A stretch of DNA of 64,000 bases. It comes from Lutibacter sp. Lineage in GTDB: Bacteria > Bacteroidota > Bacteroidia > Flavobacteriales > Flavobacteriaceae. The stretch's first letter is position 1, and every line of letters begins with the position of its first letter. The DNA lies in contig JAGPIQ010000003.1 of the NCBI GenBank assembly GCA_018054895.1, forward strand, positions 662 through 64,661. Reading direction: 5' to 3'. The notes under the pieces were generated by a model. That model saw only the letters and a program-made list of their open reading frames with translations, searched no databases and was not told where the DNA came from. Shown in pieces: positions 21,721-31,919 of this stretch. The position numbers and the translations under genes were made by a program.

Positions 21721-23637
21721 ATGAAAACAACTTCTCTTCTAATTAAAAAATCAATATTTGTCGCCCTGCTCTTTAGTGTATATTCAATTTTGGCTCAAAA
21801 ATCTGAAACACCACACACAACGTATGATTTAAATTCAAAAATAAATGAAATGACTCTTACTGTAGGTGGTGTTTTAGTTGTGGCCACCAATGACGGCTTA
21901 GTAGGTATTAGACCCACTCAAAAAGAACCTGTTTTTACTTTTAATAACTTTGGACAATTAAAACCTGAGGAAACAGAATTTATTCCAGGTTCTCCATACA
22001 TAGTAGTTTCACAAGGAGCAAACTCTAAATTTGCAGGTCTAACAAAAACAAAACGTGCAGTTTTAGATTATGTTACAGGTGCTGTTATTTTTAATTCAGA
22101 AACGGATAACTGGAACCAAATTTTTACCTGTAACATTGTTTTACCACAAAACAAACTAATTGTAAGCGGCATTCAAAAAGAAGGGGATAAATTTGAAAAA
22201 ATGACACCAAAAGTTGCGATATATGATTTGGCTTCAAAAAAATTAGACTTTAGTTTCTTTTTAGATAAACCAGGAAGAGTTGGTATTGCTAGAGATTTAA
22301 GCGTAACAGGAGTTCCACTTTTATTAAAAGATATTATTATTGTTCCTACAGCTCAGGGTTTAATTGCCAAATCACATTCTGGTGCTGATGCTTGGGAAAA
22401 CAAAGTAAAAGGGGTTAATTGGATGGTTTCAGATAAAAGCGAAAAAGAAATTTATGGTTTTGAAACAACTACCAATGGAAAAAACACTCGAATTCATAAA
22501 ATTGGAAATAACGGTGCTGAATTATGGAAAGACGATAGAAAAGTACAAGGAAACGTATCTAACTTTCAAATATTACCCCAAGGCTTAGCTGTTGTAAGTG
22601 ATAAAAATGATGGAGGAAGCTCAAGTATTTTAGCCACAAAAAACGAATCTGAAATTGCCTTTTTAAGCGCTTCAAGTGGAGAAGACTTATGGGACAAAGC
22701 TCCAAAAACCAAAGGATATGTACAACATTTTTATGTGCAAGAAGATGGTATTTTATTTGGAATACAAGAAGGTGGTATAAATAAAATTTCTTTTGATGGA
22801 AATACCTTATTCAAAAAACCGTTAAAAACAGGCGAAAACATTATGATTATGGCAGAAACGCCACAAGGATTAATTTATATTACCAGTGAAGACACCAATA
22901 TTGTAAACTTAAAAACGGGAGATCAAGTATGGAAAAAACCTTTAAAATACAAAAATTCAACTGCTGTAGCTTCCACTTTTGATAGTTCTAAAAACAGGTA
23001 TTTAATTGCTGCAGATGGAACTGTATTTGCCATAGACGCTAAAACTAGTGATATTAAAGAACTTGCAAACGTAAAATTTGATGAAAAAGAAGTTGCCAAT
23101 ACTATGCAAATGCGCAACGAAAACATTTTTTTAAGTTCATCTCAAAACTTAGCCATGTTAGGAACTGATGGAAAAGAAATGTATCACGAATATTACAAAT
23201 CCCCTGGCCAAAGTGGTTTTGTAAAAATATTGGTCGGAGTTGTAGCGGTTGCATCCACAGGTTTAGCTATGGCACATGCTGCAAAAGCTGGAATGAACAA
23301 AACAAATTCGTATGGAAGCTCTAACGATTTAAGTAATTATAATGATTATGGTAAAGAAAATCAAAGAGCTGCAGATATGTTCTCTGCCATTGGAAGCGCT
23401 TCATTTGCTGTAATGTCTAAACGGTTTAAAGCTACCGCTGCTACTGAAGACGCACAATTTATTTTAACAAAATTAGATGATGGCGTTGGCATTGTAAAAG
23501 TGGATAAAAATACGGGGAAAGTTGCTAAAGAAATTGTATTAAATGACAAAAAACCTGAATATCAAATTGATGAATTTGAAGGGTTTTTATATTATAAAGC
23601 CAATAACAACACTATAAATGCTTACAACTTAAAATAA
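21721..23637 (+). CDS. Secreted PQQ-like beta-propeller repeat protein
   Basis: Signal peptide ending ILA-QK; repeated (T/S)GxxxW motifs (SGADAW, NGAELW, SGEDLW, TGDQVW). Confidence 0.8.
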   Translation: MKTTSLLIKKSIFVALLFSVYSILAQKSETPHTTYDLNSKINEMTLTVGGVLVVATNDGLVGIRPTQKEPVFTFNNFGQLKPEETEFIPGSPYIVVSQGANSKFAGLTKTKRAVLDYVTGAVIFNSETDNWNQIFTCNIVLPQNKLIVSGIQKEGDKFEKMTPKVAIYDLASKKLDFSFFLDKPGRVGIARDLSVTGVPLLLKDIIIVPTAQGLIAKSHSGADAWENKVKGVNWMVSDKSEKEIYGFETTTNGKNTRIHKIGNNGAELWKDDRKVQGNVSNFQILPQGLAVVSDKNDGGSSSILATKNESEIAFLSASSGEDLWDKAPKTKGYVQHFYVQEDGILFGIQEGGINKISFDGNTLFKKPLKTGENIMIMAETPQGLIYITSEDTNIVNLKTGDQVWKKPLKYKNSTAVASTFDSSKNRYLIAADGTVFAIDAKTSDIKELANVKFDEKEVANTMQMRNENIFLSSSQNLAMLGTDGKEMYHEYYKSPGQSGFVKILVGVVAVASTGLAMAHAAKAGMNKTNSYGSSNDLSNYNDYGKENQRAADMFSAIGSASFAVMSKRFKATAATEDAQFILTKLDDGVGIVKVDKNTGKVAKEIVLNDKKPEYQIDEFEGFLYYKANNNTINAYNLK

Positions 23638-23659
23638 TTATTTTTTTACTAACTATGTT

Positions 23660-23701
23660 AAAGACCGCTTCAATTCAACATGAATTGAGGTGGTTTTTTT
23701 T
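23660..23701 (+). terminator. Intrinsic terminator
   Basis: ACCGCTTCAATTCA-aca-TGAATTGAGGTGGT plus T-tract. Confidence 0.85.
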
Positions 23702-23842
23702 GCATTTAAAAAAATATTTCCAAAAATCATTTAATAGTGTTATTTTCAACCTGTTGTATTTATTATAATCTATTACAAAAATATTTCGCACTATAAATTC
23801 AACACATTAATACTGTTTCACAAATAACAAATTGTAAACTCA

Positions 23843-25786
23843 ATGAAAAAACTAACTACAATAATTACGTTGTTATTCACCTTAATAAGTATTGCACAAA
23901 CCAAAGAGATTGACAGCTTAAAAAAACTAGTGAAAACAAAAATCCCAGATTCAACAAAAGTGAAAGCTTTAGGTGATTTATGCTGGTATTTTAGTTCAAT
24001 TTCTACAGATTCTTCACTTTATTATGGGAATTTAGCCTTGGATTTATCCATTAAAACAAACAATAATAAAGGAATAGCTCAGGCTCATAATGATTTTGGT
24101 ATTATTTATTACAAACTATCTGAATTCGACAAATCTATAGCTAGTTATAAAAAAGCACTCATCATTAGAAAAAAGTTGAAAGATACTTTAGGAATGGGGA
24201 GCCTTTATAATAAAATGGGAATTGCTTATCAACGTATTTTTAAAATGGATTCTGCTATTTACTTCAATACAAAGGCGCTACAAGTTTACCAGAAAGCAAA
24301 TCATCAGGAATATGTAGCTCTTATTAAAAATAACATTGCAAATATTTATTTCAATTTAAAACAATATAAAAGAGCACTTAAAGAACATTTAGAAGCTGCA
24401 AAAATAAGAACTTCAATAGGCGATAATTTTGGTTTGGTACATTCATATACGAATATTGGAAATTCGTATCTGTTTTTAAAAGACACCGTTCAAAGTATTT
24501 CAAACTATCAAAAGGGAATTAAAATTGCCGAAGCAAACAATTACCAACAAGAATTAGCTTCACTTTACAATAATTACGGTGGCATTTTAAAAGATCAAAA
24601 AAAACATAAAGAAGCTTTAATTTATTTCAATAAAGCATTAAAAATTAGAGATAAGTTAAATGATTCATTTGGGCTTGCTAGTGTTAATTTAAACTTAGCC
24701 GATATGTATTTAACTCTTGGAAATATAAATATTGCTGAAAAACACAATAGAGAAGCCTTAAAAATAGCAAAAAAGATAAATACCAAAGAGCAAGAAATGA
24801 ATGCTTATAAGGGGCTGTTACGGGTTTTTGCTTATAAAAAAATCCCAGACAGCATCATTCATTATGAAGGTTTACATTCAATGGCTCAAGATTCCCTATT
24901 TAACACAAGAGTCACTAAAGAAATAGCTGAAATTCAAGAAAAATACAATACTGTTGAGCGCGAAAAAGAAATTTCAAAACAAAAAGAACAACTCTTAAAA
25001 AATGAATTAGAAATAAAAACCAAAAATACCTACGCATTATTATTAGGTGCTGGACTATTGGTTTTCGGAATTATTTCATTTGCATTATACAAACGCCAAC
25101 AACATAAACGCAGGGAATACAAAACAAAACTTAAATTAAAGGAAGCTCAAACGTACAGTAAGTTACAAGATCAACGCTTGCATATTTCACGAGATTTACA
25201 CGATAATATTGGCTCACAGCTCACCTTTATAATTTCATCTATTGATAATTTAAAGTTTTTAACTGATGCTTCTAATGAGAAACTTCGAAATAAATTAACG
25301 GAAATTAATCAATTTGCTGGAAGTACTATCTCACAATTACGGGATACTATTTGGGCGATGAATAAAAATGAAATTACGTATGAAGATTTTCATGGAAGAG
25401 TTTTATCGCTTATTGAAAAAGCCAAAGCCTCTTCTAATAATATTCAATTTAAATTTAATTCAACTATAGATAACACCTTCATTTTTTCTTCAGTAAAAGG
25501 AATTAATGTATTTCGAATTATTCAAGAAGCCATAAATAATACATTAAAATATGCTGAAGCCACGGAAGTTTCCATTGAAATTTATGAAAATGACACAGAG
25601 GTTTTTATGGAAATAAAAGATAATGGAAAAGGTTTTGATATAAATACCGTAAGTATAGGAAATGGGTTAGAAAACATGCAACAACGGGTAAAAGAGTTGG
25701 ATGGTGCAATTTCTATTTTTTCAGAAATTAATAAAGGAACTACTATTAATTTGAGTTGTTCAAAAAATAAGGCAAATGACGTATAG
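23843..25786 (+). CDS. TPR-repeat sensor histidine kinase (HisKA_3)
   Basis: Signal peptide, periplasmic TPRs, one TM, ISRDLHDNIG, QEAINNTLKYA, DNGKGF, GNGLENM. Confidence 0.95.
   Translation: MKKLTTIITLLFTLISIAQTKEIDSLKKLVKTKIPDSTKVKALGDLCWYFSSISTDSSLYYGNLALDLSIKTNNNKGIAQAHNDFGIIYYKLSEFDKSIASYKKALIIRKKLKDTLGMGSLYNKMGIAYQRIFKMDSAIYFNTKALQVYQKANHQEYVALIKNNIANIYFNLKQYKRALKEHLEAAKIRTSIGDNFGLVHSYTNIGNSYLFLKDTVQSISNYQKGIKIAEANNYQQELASLYNNYGGILKDQKKHKEALIYFNKALKIRDKLNDSFGLASVNLNLADMYLTLGNINIAEKHNREALKIAKKINTKEQEMNAYKGLLRVFAYKKIPDSIIHYEGLHSMAQDSLFNTRVTKEIAEIQEKYNTVEREKEISKQKEQLLKNELEIKTKNTYALLLGAGLLVFGIISFALYKRQQHKRREYKTKLKLKEAQTYSKLQDQRLHISRDLHDNIGSQLTFIISSIDNLKFLTDASNEKLRNKLTEINQFAGSTISQLRDTIWAMNKNEITYEDFHGRVLSLIEKAKASSNNIQFKFNSTIDNTFIFSSVKGINVFRIIQEAINNTLKYAEATEVSIEIYENDTEVFMEIKDNGKGFDINTVSIGNGLENMQQRVKELDGAISIFSEINKGTTINLSCSKNKANDV
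25766..25785 (+). promoter_or_regulatory. Second copy of palindromic operator, upstream of response regulator
   Basis: AATAAGGCAAATGACGTATA; -7-like TAGTTTTA begins 22 nt after its end. Confidence 0.65.
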
Positions 25787-25835
25787 GAATACGGATAGCT
25801 TAACCTTAGTTTTACTTACACTAAAAAGCTGAATT

Positions 25836-26486
25836 ATGATTTTAAAAATAGCCATTGCAGAAGATAATAGTTTTTTGGCAAAAGCAGTTATTGAAAAACT
25901 ATCCTATTTCAATGAGTTGGATTTTAAATACAAAGCCGTTAATGGTGCTGAATTAATTGGGAAATTAGAAGTAAATCACAATATTGATGTTGTGTTAATG
26001 GATATTCAAATGCCAGAAATGAACGGCATTACCGCTACGGAAATTGTAAAATCCAAATACCCACACATTAAAATTATTATGTTGACTGTTTTTGATGATG
26101 ATGAAAATATTTTCAACGCCATAAAAGCAGGTGCAAACGGTTATTTACTAAAAGAAATTGATGCTGAAAATTTATATAAAAGCATTATTGAAGTAGTTAA
26201 TGGTGGCGCTCCAATGACGCCAAGTATTGCTTTAAAAACATTGAATTTACTACGAAACCCTCTTCCCATTGAAAACACACAACAGTTAGAAGAAATAAAA
26301 TTAACAAACAGAGAAACTGAAATATTAGAACATCTAAGCAAAGGTTTAAATTACAATGAAATTGCAGACAACCTCATCATCTCTCCTTCCACCGTTCGAA
26401 AACACATTGAAAATATTTACAAAAAACTACAGGTTCGAAATAAAATAGAAGCTGTTTTAAAAGCGCAAAAACACAACCTAATTTAG
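25836..26486 (+). CDS. NarL/LuxR-family response regulator
   Basis: VLMDIQMP, GANGYLLK, LTNRETEIL...STVRKHIENIYKKL. Confidence 0.96.
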   Translation: MILKIAIAEDNSFLAKAVIEKLSYFNELDFKYKAVNGAELIGKLEVNHNIDVVLMDIQMPEMNGITATEIVKSKYPHIKIIMLTVFDDDENIFNAIKAGANGYLLKEIDAENLYKSIIEVVNGGAPMTPSIALKTLNLLRNPLPIENTQQLEEIKLTNRETEILEHLSKGLNYNEIADNLIISPSTVRKHIENIYKKLQVRNKIEAVLKAQKHNLI

Positions 26487-26637
26487 GCTATGAAACCATT
26501 TAACTTAAAATCGTTTTTTCCAAAAAAACATGAAACAACTAATTTTAAACAAGATATTTTCGAACCTTATAAAATTTAATTCGGAATAACGTGGCTTAGT
26601 TAGTAACTTTGCCATATAACACATTTAATTTTATAGT

Positions 26638-26994
26638 ATGAAAAGATTATGTTTTGCAGTTGTAATCCTATTTTCAACAATTGCTTGTAAAGAATCAGCA
26701 CCAAAGGAAGCCGAAGTTTCCAATAAAACAGCAGAAGCCAACTATCAATCTGTAGAGATGGAAATTGAAGGTATGACATGTGAAATAGGTTGCGCACGCA
26801 CAATTGAGTCGAAAATATCAAAAATGGACGGAGTTATCTATTCAAAAGTGGACTTTGAAACCAAAAAAGGCATCTTTACATACGATTTAAACATTATTAA
26901 CTCAAAAAATATCGAAAAAGAAATAGCGGGCATAGCGGGCGGAGACCTATATTTTGCTAGGGATTTAAAAATTTATGAAAAAATTGTGAAATAA
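26638..26994 (+). CDS. Heavy-metal-associated (HMA) domain lipoprotein
   Basis: Lipobox TIAC; IEGMTCEIGC; TAACTTTG promoter at 26604-26611. Confidence 0.88.
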   Translation: MKRLCFAVVILFSTIACKESAPKEAEVSNKTAEANYQSVEMEIEGMTCEIGCARTIESKISKMDGVIYSKVDFETKKGIFTYDLNIINSKNIEKEIAGIAGGDLYFARDLKIYEKIVK

Positions 26995-27063
26995 ATTTGA
27001 TTTTTTTTTGTAAACATAAGAATATTTGTCGTTAATTTGCACCAGAAATAAAATCAATCAAAA

Positions 27064-27261
27064 ATGAAACACATTAAATTTTTATTAGCAATCGCTTTAG
27101 TAAGTGTATTCGCTATCTCTTGTAAAGAAACTCCAAAAGAAGAGGCTGTAGAGTCTATGGAGGAAGTTATTGAAGAAGCTCCAGTTGTGGAAGAAGTAGA
27201 AGTTGCTGTTGACAGTACTGCTGCTGCAGTAGAAGTAGTTACTGAAGAAGCTGCTCAATAA
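27064..27261 (+). CDS. Small acidic low-complexity lipoprotein
   Basis: Lipobox AISC-K; E/V/A-rich; followed by terminator. Confidence 0.85.
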   Translation: MKHIKFLLAIALVSVFAISCKETPKEEAVESMEEVIEEAPVVEEVEVAVDSTAAAVEVVTEEAAQ

Positions 27262-27282
27262 TACATAGTTCAAAAAACTAAT

Positions 27283-27316
27283 AAAAGGGGTTTCAATAAA
27301 TTGAAACCCTTTTTTT
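27283..27316. terminator. Bidirectional intrinsic terminator
   Basis: AAAAGGGGTTTCAAT-aa-ATTGAAACCCTTTTTT. Confidence 0.85.
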
Positions 27317-28370
27317 ATGCCCTTTTGTTTCGTAATGAATAATACAGAAACAACAAACTCATAAAAAACAACAATCCCACCAACTGGTGCACTACTCCAT
27401 AAAACAACGGTATCTTCCCTTTTACATTCAACACTGTTAAAATTCCCAATGCAACCTGCGTAAATAACAACAGAACACTCATGTTTAACCATTTTTTTGA
27501 TGAGCGCTCTAACTTATTTTGTAATTTAAAGAACATAAATAGCACTAATATCAATAACAAATAAGCTAAAGACCTATGTGTAAACTGGATTAATGCAGGT
27601 GCAAATAAAAAACTATCATAGTTTATCATATTTTCTAAATGCCAATTGTTAAAATCTTTTAAAACAGATGGGACAAATTCCCCATTCATATCTGGCCAAC
27701 TAGGATAGTACAAACCTGCTCGCATTCCAGAAATAAGTCCAGCAAAAATTAGTTGAATAAATGTAACTATTAATATACCTAAAACTAAATACTTAGATTT
27801 AGATTTATTCAAACTTCGATACACATATACATCTGCAATCGTTTTTACCATTGCAGTTATTACCAACACTGCCAACAGAAAGTGAATCGTTAACTTATAG
27901 GCATTTACCCAAGGTCTGTCTATTAAACCACTCTTTACCATAATCCAACCTGCAGAAGCTGTTAAAATAGTCAACAAAACCACCATTCCAAGTCGCTTTA
28001 TTAAATAGGTGTCTATTTTTTTTCTAAAAAGAAGTATTAAAAACGGAATTAAAAAGATAAATCCTAAGGCTCTAACCCACAATCTATGAGCATACTCCCA
28101 AAAATAAATAAATTTAAAATCTTGTATATTAAAGGTTGAATTAATTTTATGAAATTGAGGAGTGTTTTTGTACAATTCAAATTCAGCCAACCACTCTAAA
28201 TCATTTAATGGCGGCTTAACACCTGTAACTATATCCCAACGTGTAATTGACAAGCCCGAACCCGTTAAACGAGTTATTCCTCCTAAAATAACTTGACCAA
28301 TTAACATTAATAAACCTATTAATAGCCAAATACGAATTCCTTTTGTGTATTTATAATTTTTATAACTCAT
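27315..28370 (-). CDS. ctaA: Heme A synthase (COX15/CtaA type 2)
   Basis: GGITRLTGSGLSITRW, FWEYAHR, GWIMVKSGL, QFTHR, HQ; ATGA overlap with gldD. Confidence 0.93.
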   Translation of the reverse strand: MSYKNYKYTKGIRIWLLIGLLMLIGQVILGGITRLTGSGLSITRWDIVTGVKPPLNDLEWLAEFELYKNTPQFHKINSTFNIQDFKFIYFWEYAHRLWVRALGFIFLIPFLILLFRKKIDTYLIKRLGMVVLLTILTASAGWIMVKSGLIDRPWVNAYKLTIHFLLAVLVITAMVKTIADVYVYRSLNKSKSKYLVLGILIVTFIQLIFAGLISGMRAGLYYPSWPDMNGEFVPSVLKDFNNWHLENMINYDSFLFAPALIQFTHRSLAYLLLILVLFMFFKLQNKLERSSKKWLNMSVLLLFTQVALGILTVLNVKGKIPLFYGVVHQLVGLLFFMSLLFLYYSLRNKRA

Positions 28371-28921
28371 TTTTTCCACTGAATGGTTTCTACTAAATGA
28401 ACAATATCCTTCTCAATGTATTTAACGGCAGGTAAAATAGAATCATACTTTGGTTTTGCATAAAAATACAAAGCACCTGCCAATACATGATTTAAACTAT
28501 CCGTAACTCTAAACTGAACATTTGTGGCAACGTTACCTTCAATAAAATACAACTTTCCAAAAACCTTTGAATTATAATTTTCGTAAGGTCGTGCGTTTAT
28601 AGCATCCGCTTTTATAGTGTGCTCAAAAGTTAATTTTTCAATCTCTTTCAAAATGCCGTCTAAATTATTTTGAACACTTCTATATGTAATATGTATGGTT
28701 GCTTTTAATTTTGGATATTCAATTTTAATCCAGCAATTATCTTTCATTTCAACAACAGCTTGATCAGAAATTTCAAATGAATATGGGCAAGGAATATTCA
28801 ACTCCAAATAACTTGGCGAAGGATATTGCAATGTTAAATACGATTTTGGTTTAGGCAGAGTGTCTGCTCCACAAGAATAGAGTGTTGAAATAACAAACAA
28901 AAAAGCAAAAAAAACCCTCAT
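28367..28921 (-). CDS. gldD: Gliding motility lipoprotein GldD
   Basis: Lipobox; LPKPK.YL.L.YP, GNVATNVQF.VTDS..H.L.GALYF. Confidence 0.95.
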   Translation of the reverse strand: MRVFFAFLFVISTLYSCGADTLPKPKSYLTLQYPSPSYLELNIPCPYSFEISDQAVVEMKDNCWIKIEYPKLKATIHITYRSVQNNLDGILKEIEKLTFEHTIKADAINARPYENYNSKVFGKLYFIEGNVATNVQFRVTDSLNHVLAGALYFYAKPKYDSILPAVKYIEKDIVHLVETIQWKK

Positions 28922-28931
28922 AGTATTGCAC

Positions 28932-30242
28932 TTATCTTTTAATAGTTATTTTAACTTGCTTAATTCTCTTTTTATCCATTTGCTCAATTTTAAATGAATA
29001 ATTACTGAATGTTATCGTTTGATTTTTTCGTGGAAATTTTCCATGAATTTCTAAAATAAAACCGGCAATAGTTTCTGATTCTCCTCTACTCTCTTCAAAA
29101 TCATCAGTATTATCCAACTCCAATACTTTATAAAAATCCTTTAAATTAGTTTTCCCTTCAAACAAAAAAGTGTTTTCATTAACTTTTGTATAAAACAAAG
29201 CATCATCATCAAACTCATCATTAATATCGCCAACAATTTCTTCAATTACATCTTCTAAGGTAATAATTCCACTTGTCCCTCCATATTCATCAACAACTAT
29301 TGCTAAATGGTTTTTCATTTCCTGAAATTCCTTCAATAAATCATCTAACTTTTTATTTTCAGGTACATAATAAGGCTGCCTTACTAATTTTAGCCAATCA
29401 AATTGTTTTCTATTTAAGTAAGGTAGTAAATCTTTAGCGTATAGAACACCTATAATATTATCAATATTTTCGTCGTACACTGGGTTTCTTGAAAATCCTT
29501 TATCTACAATTTTAGAAACCACCTCCTCATATTCTTCGTTTTTAGAAATCGCAAAAATATCCATGCGTGGGGTCATAATTTGACTTGTATCCGTATTTCC
29601 AAAACTCACAATTCCTTTTAAAATTTTATGTTCTTCTTTTGTAGTAGCATCATTGGAAGTCATATCCAATGCTTGTGACAATTTTTCAACCGAAATACCC
29701 GATTGTTTTTTACCTAGTTTATTTTCAATAATTGTTGTTAATTTCAACAAAGGATAACTGACTATTGAAAGTAGAGTGCTTAATATCCTTAATGGAATAG
29801 CCATGATAGTGGCAAATTTTAGCGAATTTCTACTTGCGTATATTTTTGGCAATACCTCACCAAAAAGTAAGATTAGAAATGTAACTAAAACAACTTCAAT
29901 TAAAAATTTTAAAATTAATGGCGTTATTCCACTAAAAATACTTTTACCGATATAAGCAAAAATTAATACAATTAAAATATTTATAAAATTATTTGAAATT
30001 AAAATAGTAGCTAATAACTTTTTAGGATCTTCAAGTAAATTTGCTACAATTTTTTCTTTATCGGAATTAGATTCAGCCGCTTCATTTACTACTTTTTTTG
30101 AAAGTGAGAAAAAGGCTACTTCAGCACCAGAAATTAACGCCGACAGAATTAATAATAAAAATAAAGAAACAATACTAATTAGTAGCCAAATATCAAGGCT
30201 TTGCAATAATAAAAAGGATAAAAATGTGGGTTCAGGGTCCAA
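28932..30242 (-). CDS. gldE: Gliding motility-associated CNNM/CBS protein GldE
   Basis: MDPEP start, SGAEVAFFSL, FGEVLPK, VVDEYGGTSG; adjacent to gldD. Confidence 0.93.
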   Translation of the reverse strand: MDPEPTFLSFLLLQSLDIWLLISIVSLFLLLILSALISGAEVAFFSLSKKVVNEAAESNSDKEKIVANLLEDPKKLLATILISNNFINILIVLIFAYIGKSIFSGITPLILKFLIEVVLVTFLILLFGEVLPKIYASRNSLKFATIMAIPLRILSTLLSIVSYPLLKLTTIIENKLGKKQSGISVEKLSQALDMTSNDATTKEEHKILKGIVSFGNTDTSQIMTPRMDIFAISKNEEYEEVVSKIVDKGFSRNPVYDENIDNIIGVLYAKDLLPYLNRKQFDWLKLVRQPYYVPENKKLDDLLKEFQEMKNHLAIVVDEYGGTSGIITLEDVIEEIVGDINDEFDDDALFYTKVNENTFLFEGKTNLKDFYKVLELDNTDDFEESRGESETIAGFILEIHGKFPRKNQTITFSNYSFKIEQMDKKRIKQVKITIKR

Positions 30243-30264
30243 GTTTTTTATAATTTAATTACAC

Positions 30265-30705
30265 TTAAAATGGCAAATCATCTTTTTCACCATTATCTAC
30301 TATAGGTTCCGGTTTATTTATTGAAACAGGTTTTACAGCTTCAATTGGAACGCCTCCAGTTAAATCGTTTTTAGTAGATAAAAACGTCATATCAACAACA
30401 TAAATTTCAGTGGAATATTTTTTCACTCCATCTTCACCATCCCATTGACGCGATTTTATTCTACCTTCAACATACACTTTATCACCTTTACTTAAATATT
30501 TTTCACAAATTTCAGCTAGTTTATTCCGAACCACTATGTTATGCCATTCAGTAGTTGTGACTTTTTCGCCAGTTTGCTTATTTGTATAGGTTTCATTAGT
30601 TGCTATTGGAAAACGCCCAATAGCATTTCCACCTTCAAAATAGTGTGTTTTAACTTCATCACCTAGGTAACCAATAAGTATTACTTTATTTACAGTTCCT
30701 GCCAT
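30265..30705 (-). CDS. ssb: Single-stranded DNA-binding protein
   Basis: VNKVILIG, TEWHNIV, C-terminal DDLPF. Confidence 0.98.
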   Translation of the reverse strand: MAGTVNKVILIGYLGDEVKTHYFEGGNAIGRFPIATNETYTNKQTGEKVTTTEWHNIVVRNKLAEICEKYLSKGDKVYVEGRIKSRQWDGEDGVKKYSTEIYVVDMTFLSTKNDLTGGVPIEAVKPVSINKPEPIVDNGEKDDLPF

Positions 30706-30752
30706 AATTTTGAGGTTTCAATTAATCTCCAAAAATACTAAAAAAAACAGTT

Positions 30753-31787
30753 TTATTTATACTGATTTAAAAAATTATCAATTAAAACTGGAACAGGATA
30801 TTGCGCTATACCTTTCCAATCGATATTCATTTTTTCAGAAGACGCCATTTTAACAATCCAAAATTTAGTAAAAATATGTTGGTGAGATAATTTATGTAGT
30901 ACCATATTGGTATTAAAAAGTGAAATTTCAGTGCTTATTTCAGAAAATAGTGAGTTAAACACATCGCTTTTAACCAATTGTAATTCATCAATTTCATGCT
31001 TACTTTCCACTAAAGGAAATTGATATAAATTGATCCAAATTCCTTTTGTACGCTTTTCAATAAGGGTTTTTCCATCAGAAGTTTCAATTACTAAATAATT
31101 AAAATACCGATTTCTAACTTTTGTTTTCTTTTCCTTAACAGGCAATTCTTTAATGTTGTTTTTACTAAGAGCAACGCAACTATCTTGCAATGGGCAAATT
31201 CTACAATCAGGGTTTTGAGGTTTACACATCCGCGCGCCAAACTCCATAATAGCTTGGTTATGCGTACCCGAATCCTGGGCGTTTAACAGCGCTTGCGCTA
31301 ATTGCTTAAACTCTTTTATTCCTGCCGTACTATTAATAGGTGTAGCAATTCCAAAATAACGTGCTAAAACTCGATATACATTTCCATCTACAACAGCAGT
31401 AGCTTCATTAAAACAAATAGAGGCAATTGCCGAAGCCGTATAATCCCCTACTCCTTTTAGTTGAAGCAGTTCATTATATGTTGAAGGAAAAACACCTTTT
31501 AAATCATTCGCTATATACTTTGCTGAAAAATGAAGATTCCGCGCTCGAGAGTAATACCCTAAACCTTGCCACAATTTTAAAACCTCTTCTTCTGAAGCAT
31601 TTGCAAGCTCAAAAACCGAAGGAAAATGTTCAACAAATTTCAGATAATAAGCCGTTCCCTGATCCACTCTTGTTTGTTGTAAAATAATTTCAGACAACCA
31701 TATATTATAAGGATTTTGAGATTTTCGCCAAGGCAAATCTCTTTTATTTTGTAAATACCACGTTACTAACCTTTTAGAAAATATCAT
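30753..31787 (-). CDS. mutY: A/G-specific adenine glycosylase
   Basis: RDLPWR, SEIILQQT, WQGLGYYSRARN, VDGNVYRV, C-x6-C-x2-C-x5-C Fe-S motif. Confidence 0.97.
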   Translation of the reverse strand: MIFSKRLVTWYLQNKRDLPWRKSQNPYNIWLSEIILQQTRVDQGTAYYLKFVEHFPSVFELANASEEEVLKLWQGLGYYSRARNLHFSAKYIANDLKGVFPSTYNELLQLKGVGDYTASAIASICFNEATAVVDGNVYRVLARYFGIATPINSTAGIKEFKQLAQALLNAQDSGTHNQAIMEFGARMCKPQNPDCRICPLQDSCVALSKNNIKELPVKEKKTKVRNRYFNYLVIETSDGKTLIEKRTKGIWINLYQFPLVESKHEIDELQLVKSDVFNSLFSEISTEISLFNTNMVLHKLSHQHIFTKFWIVKMASSEKMNIDWKGIAQYPVPVLIDNFLNQYK

Positions 31788-31849
31788 CACTATTTTTATA
31801 AAAGGCAATAATACATGATTTAATCAATTAAATTTTAATGAATTAACTT

Positions 31850-31879
31850 TTTGATTTCGAATATTATATCATATCTTTG
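31850..31879 (+). promoter_or_regulatory. Sigma-A promoter of HU-bS22-rne
   Basis: TTTG (-33) and TATCTTTG (-7) with about 18 nt spacing. Confidence 0.75.
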
Positions 31880-31919
31880 CCGTCTTAAATTTATAATAAC
31901 ACAATTAATAAGAATAAAA

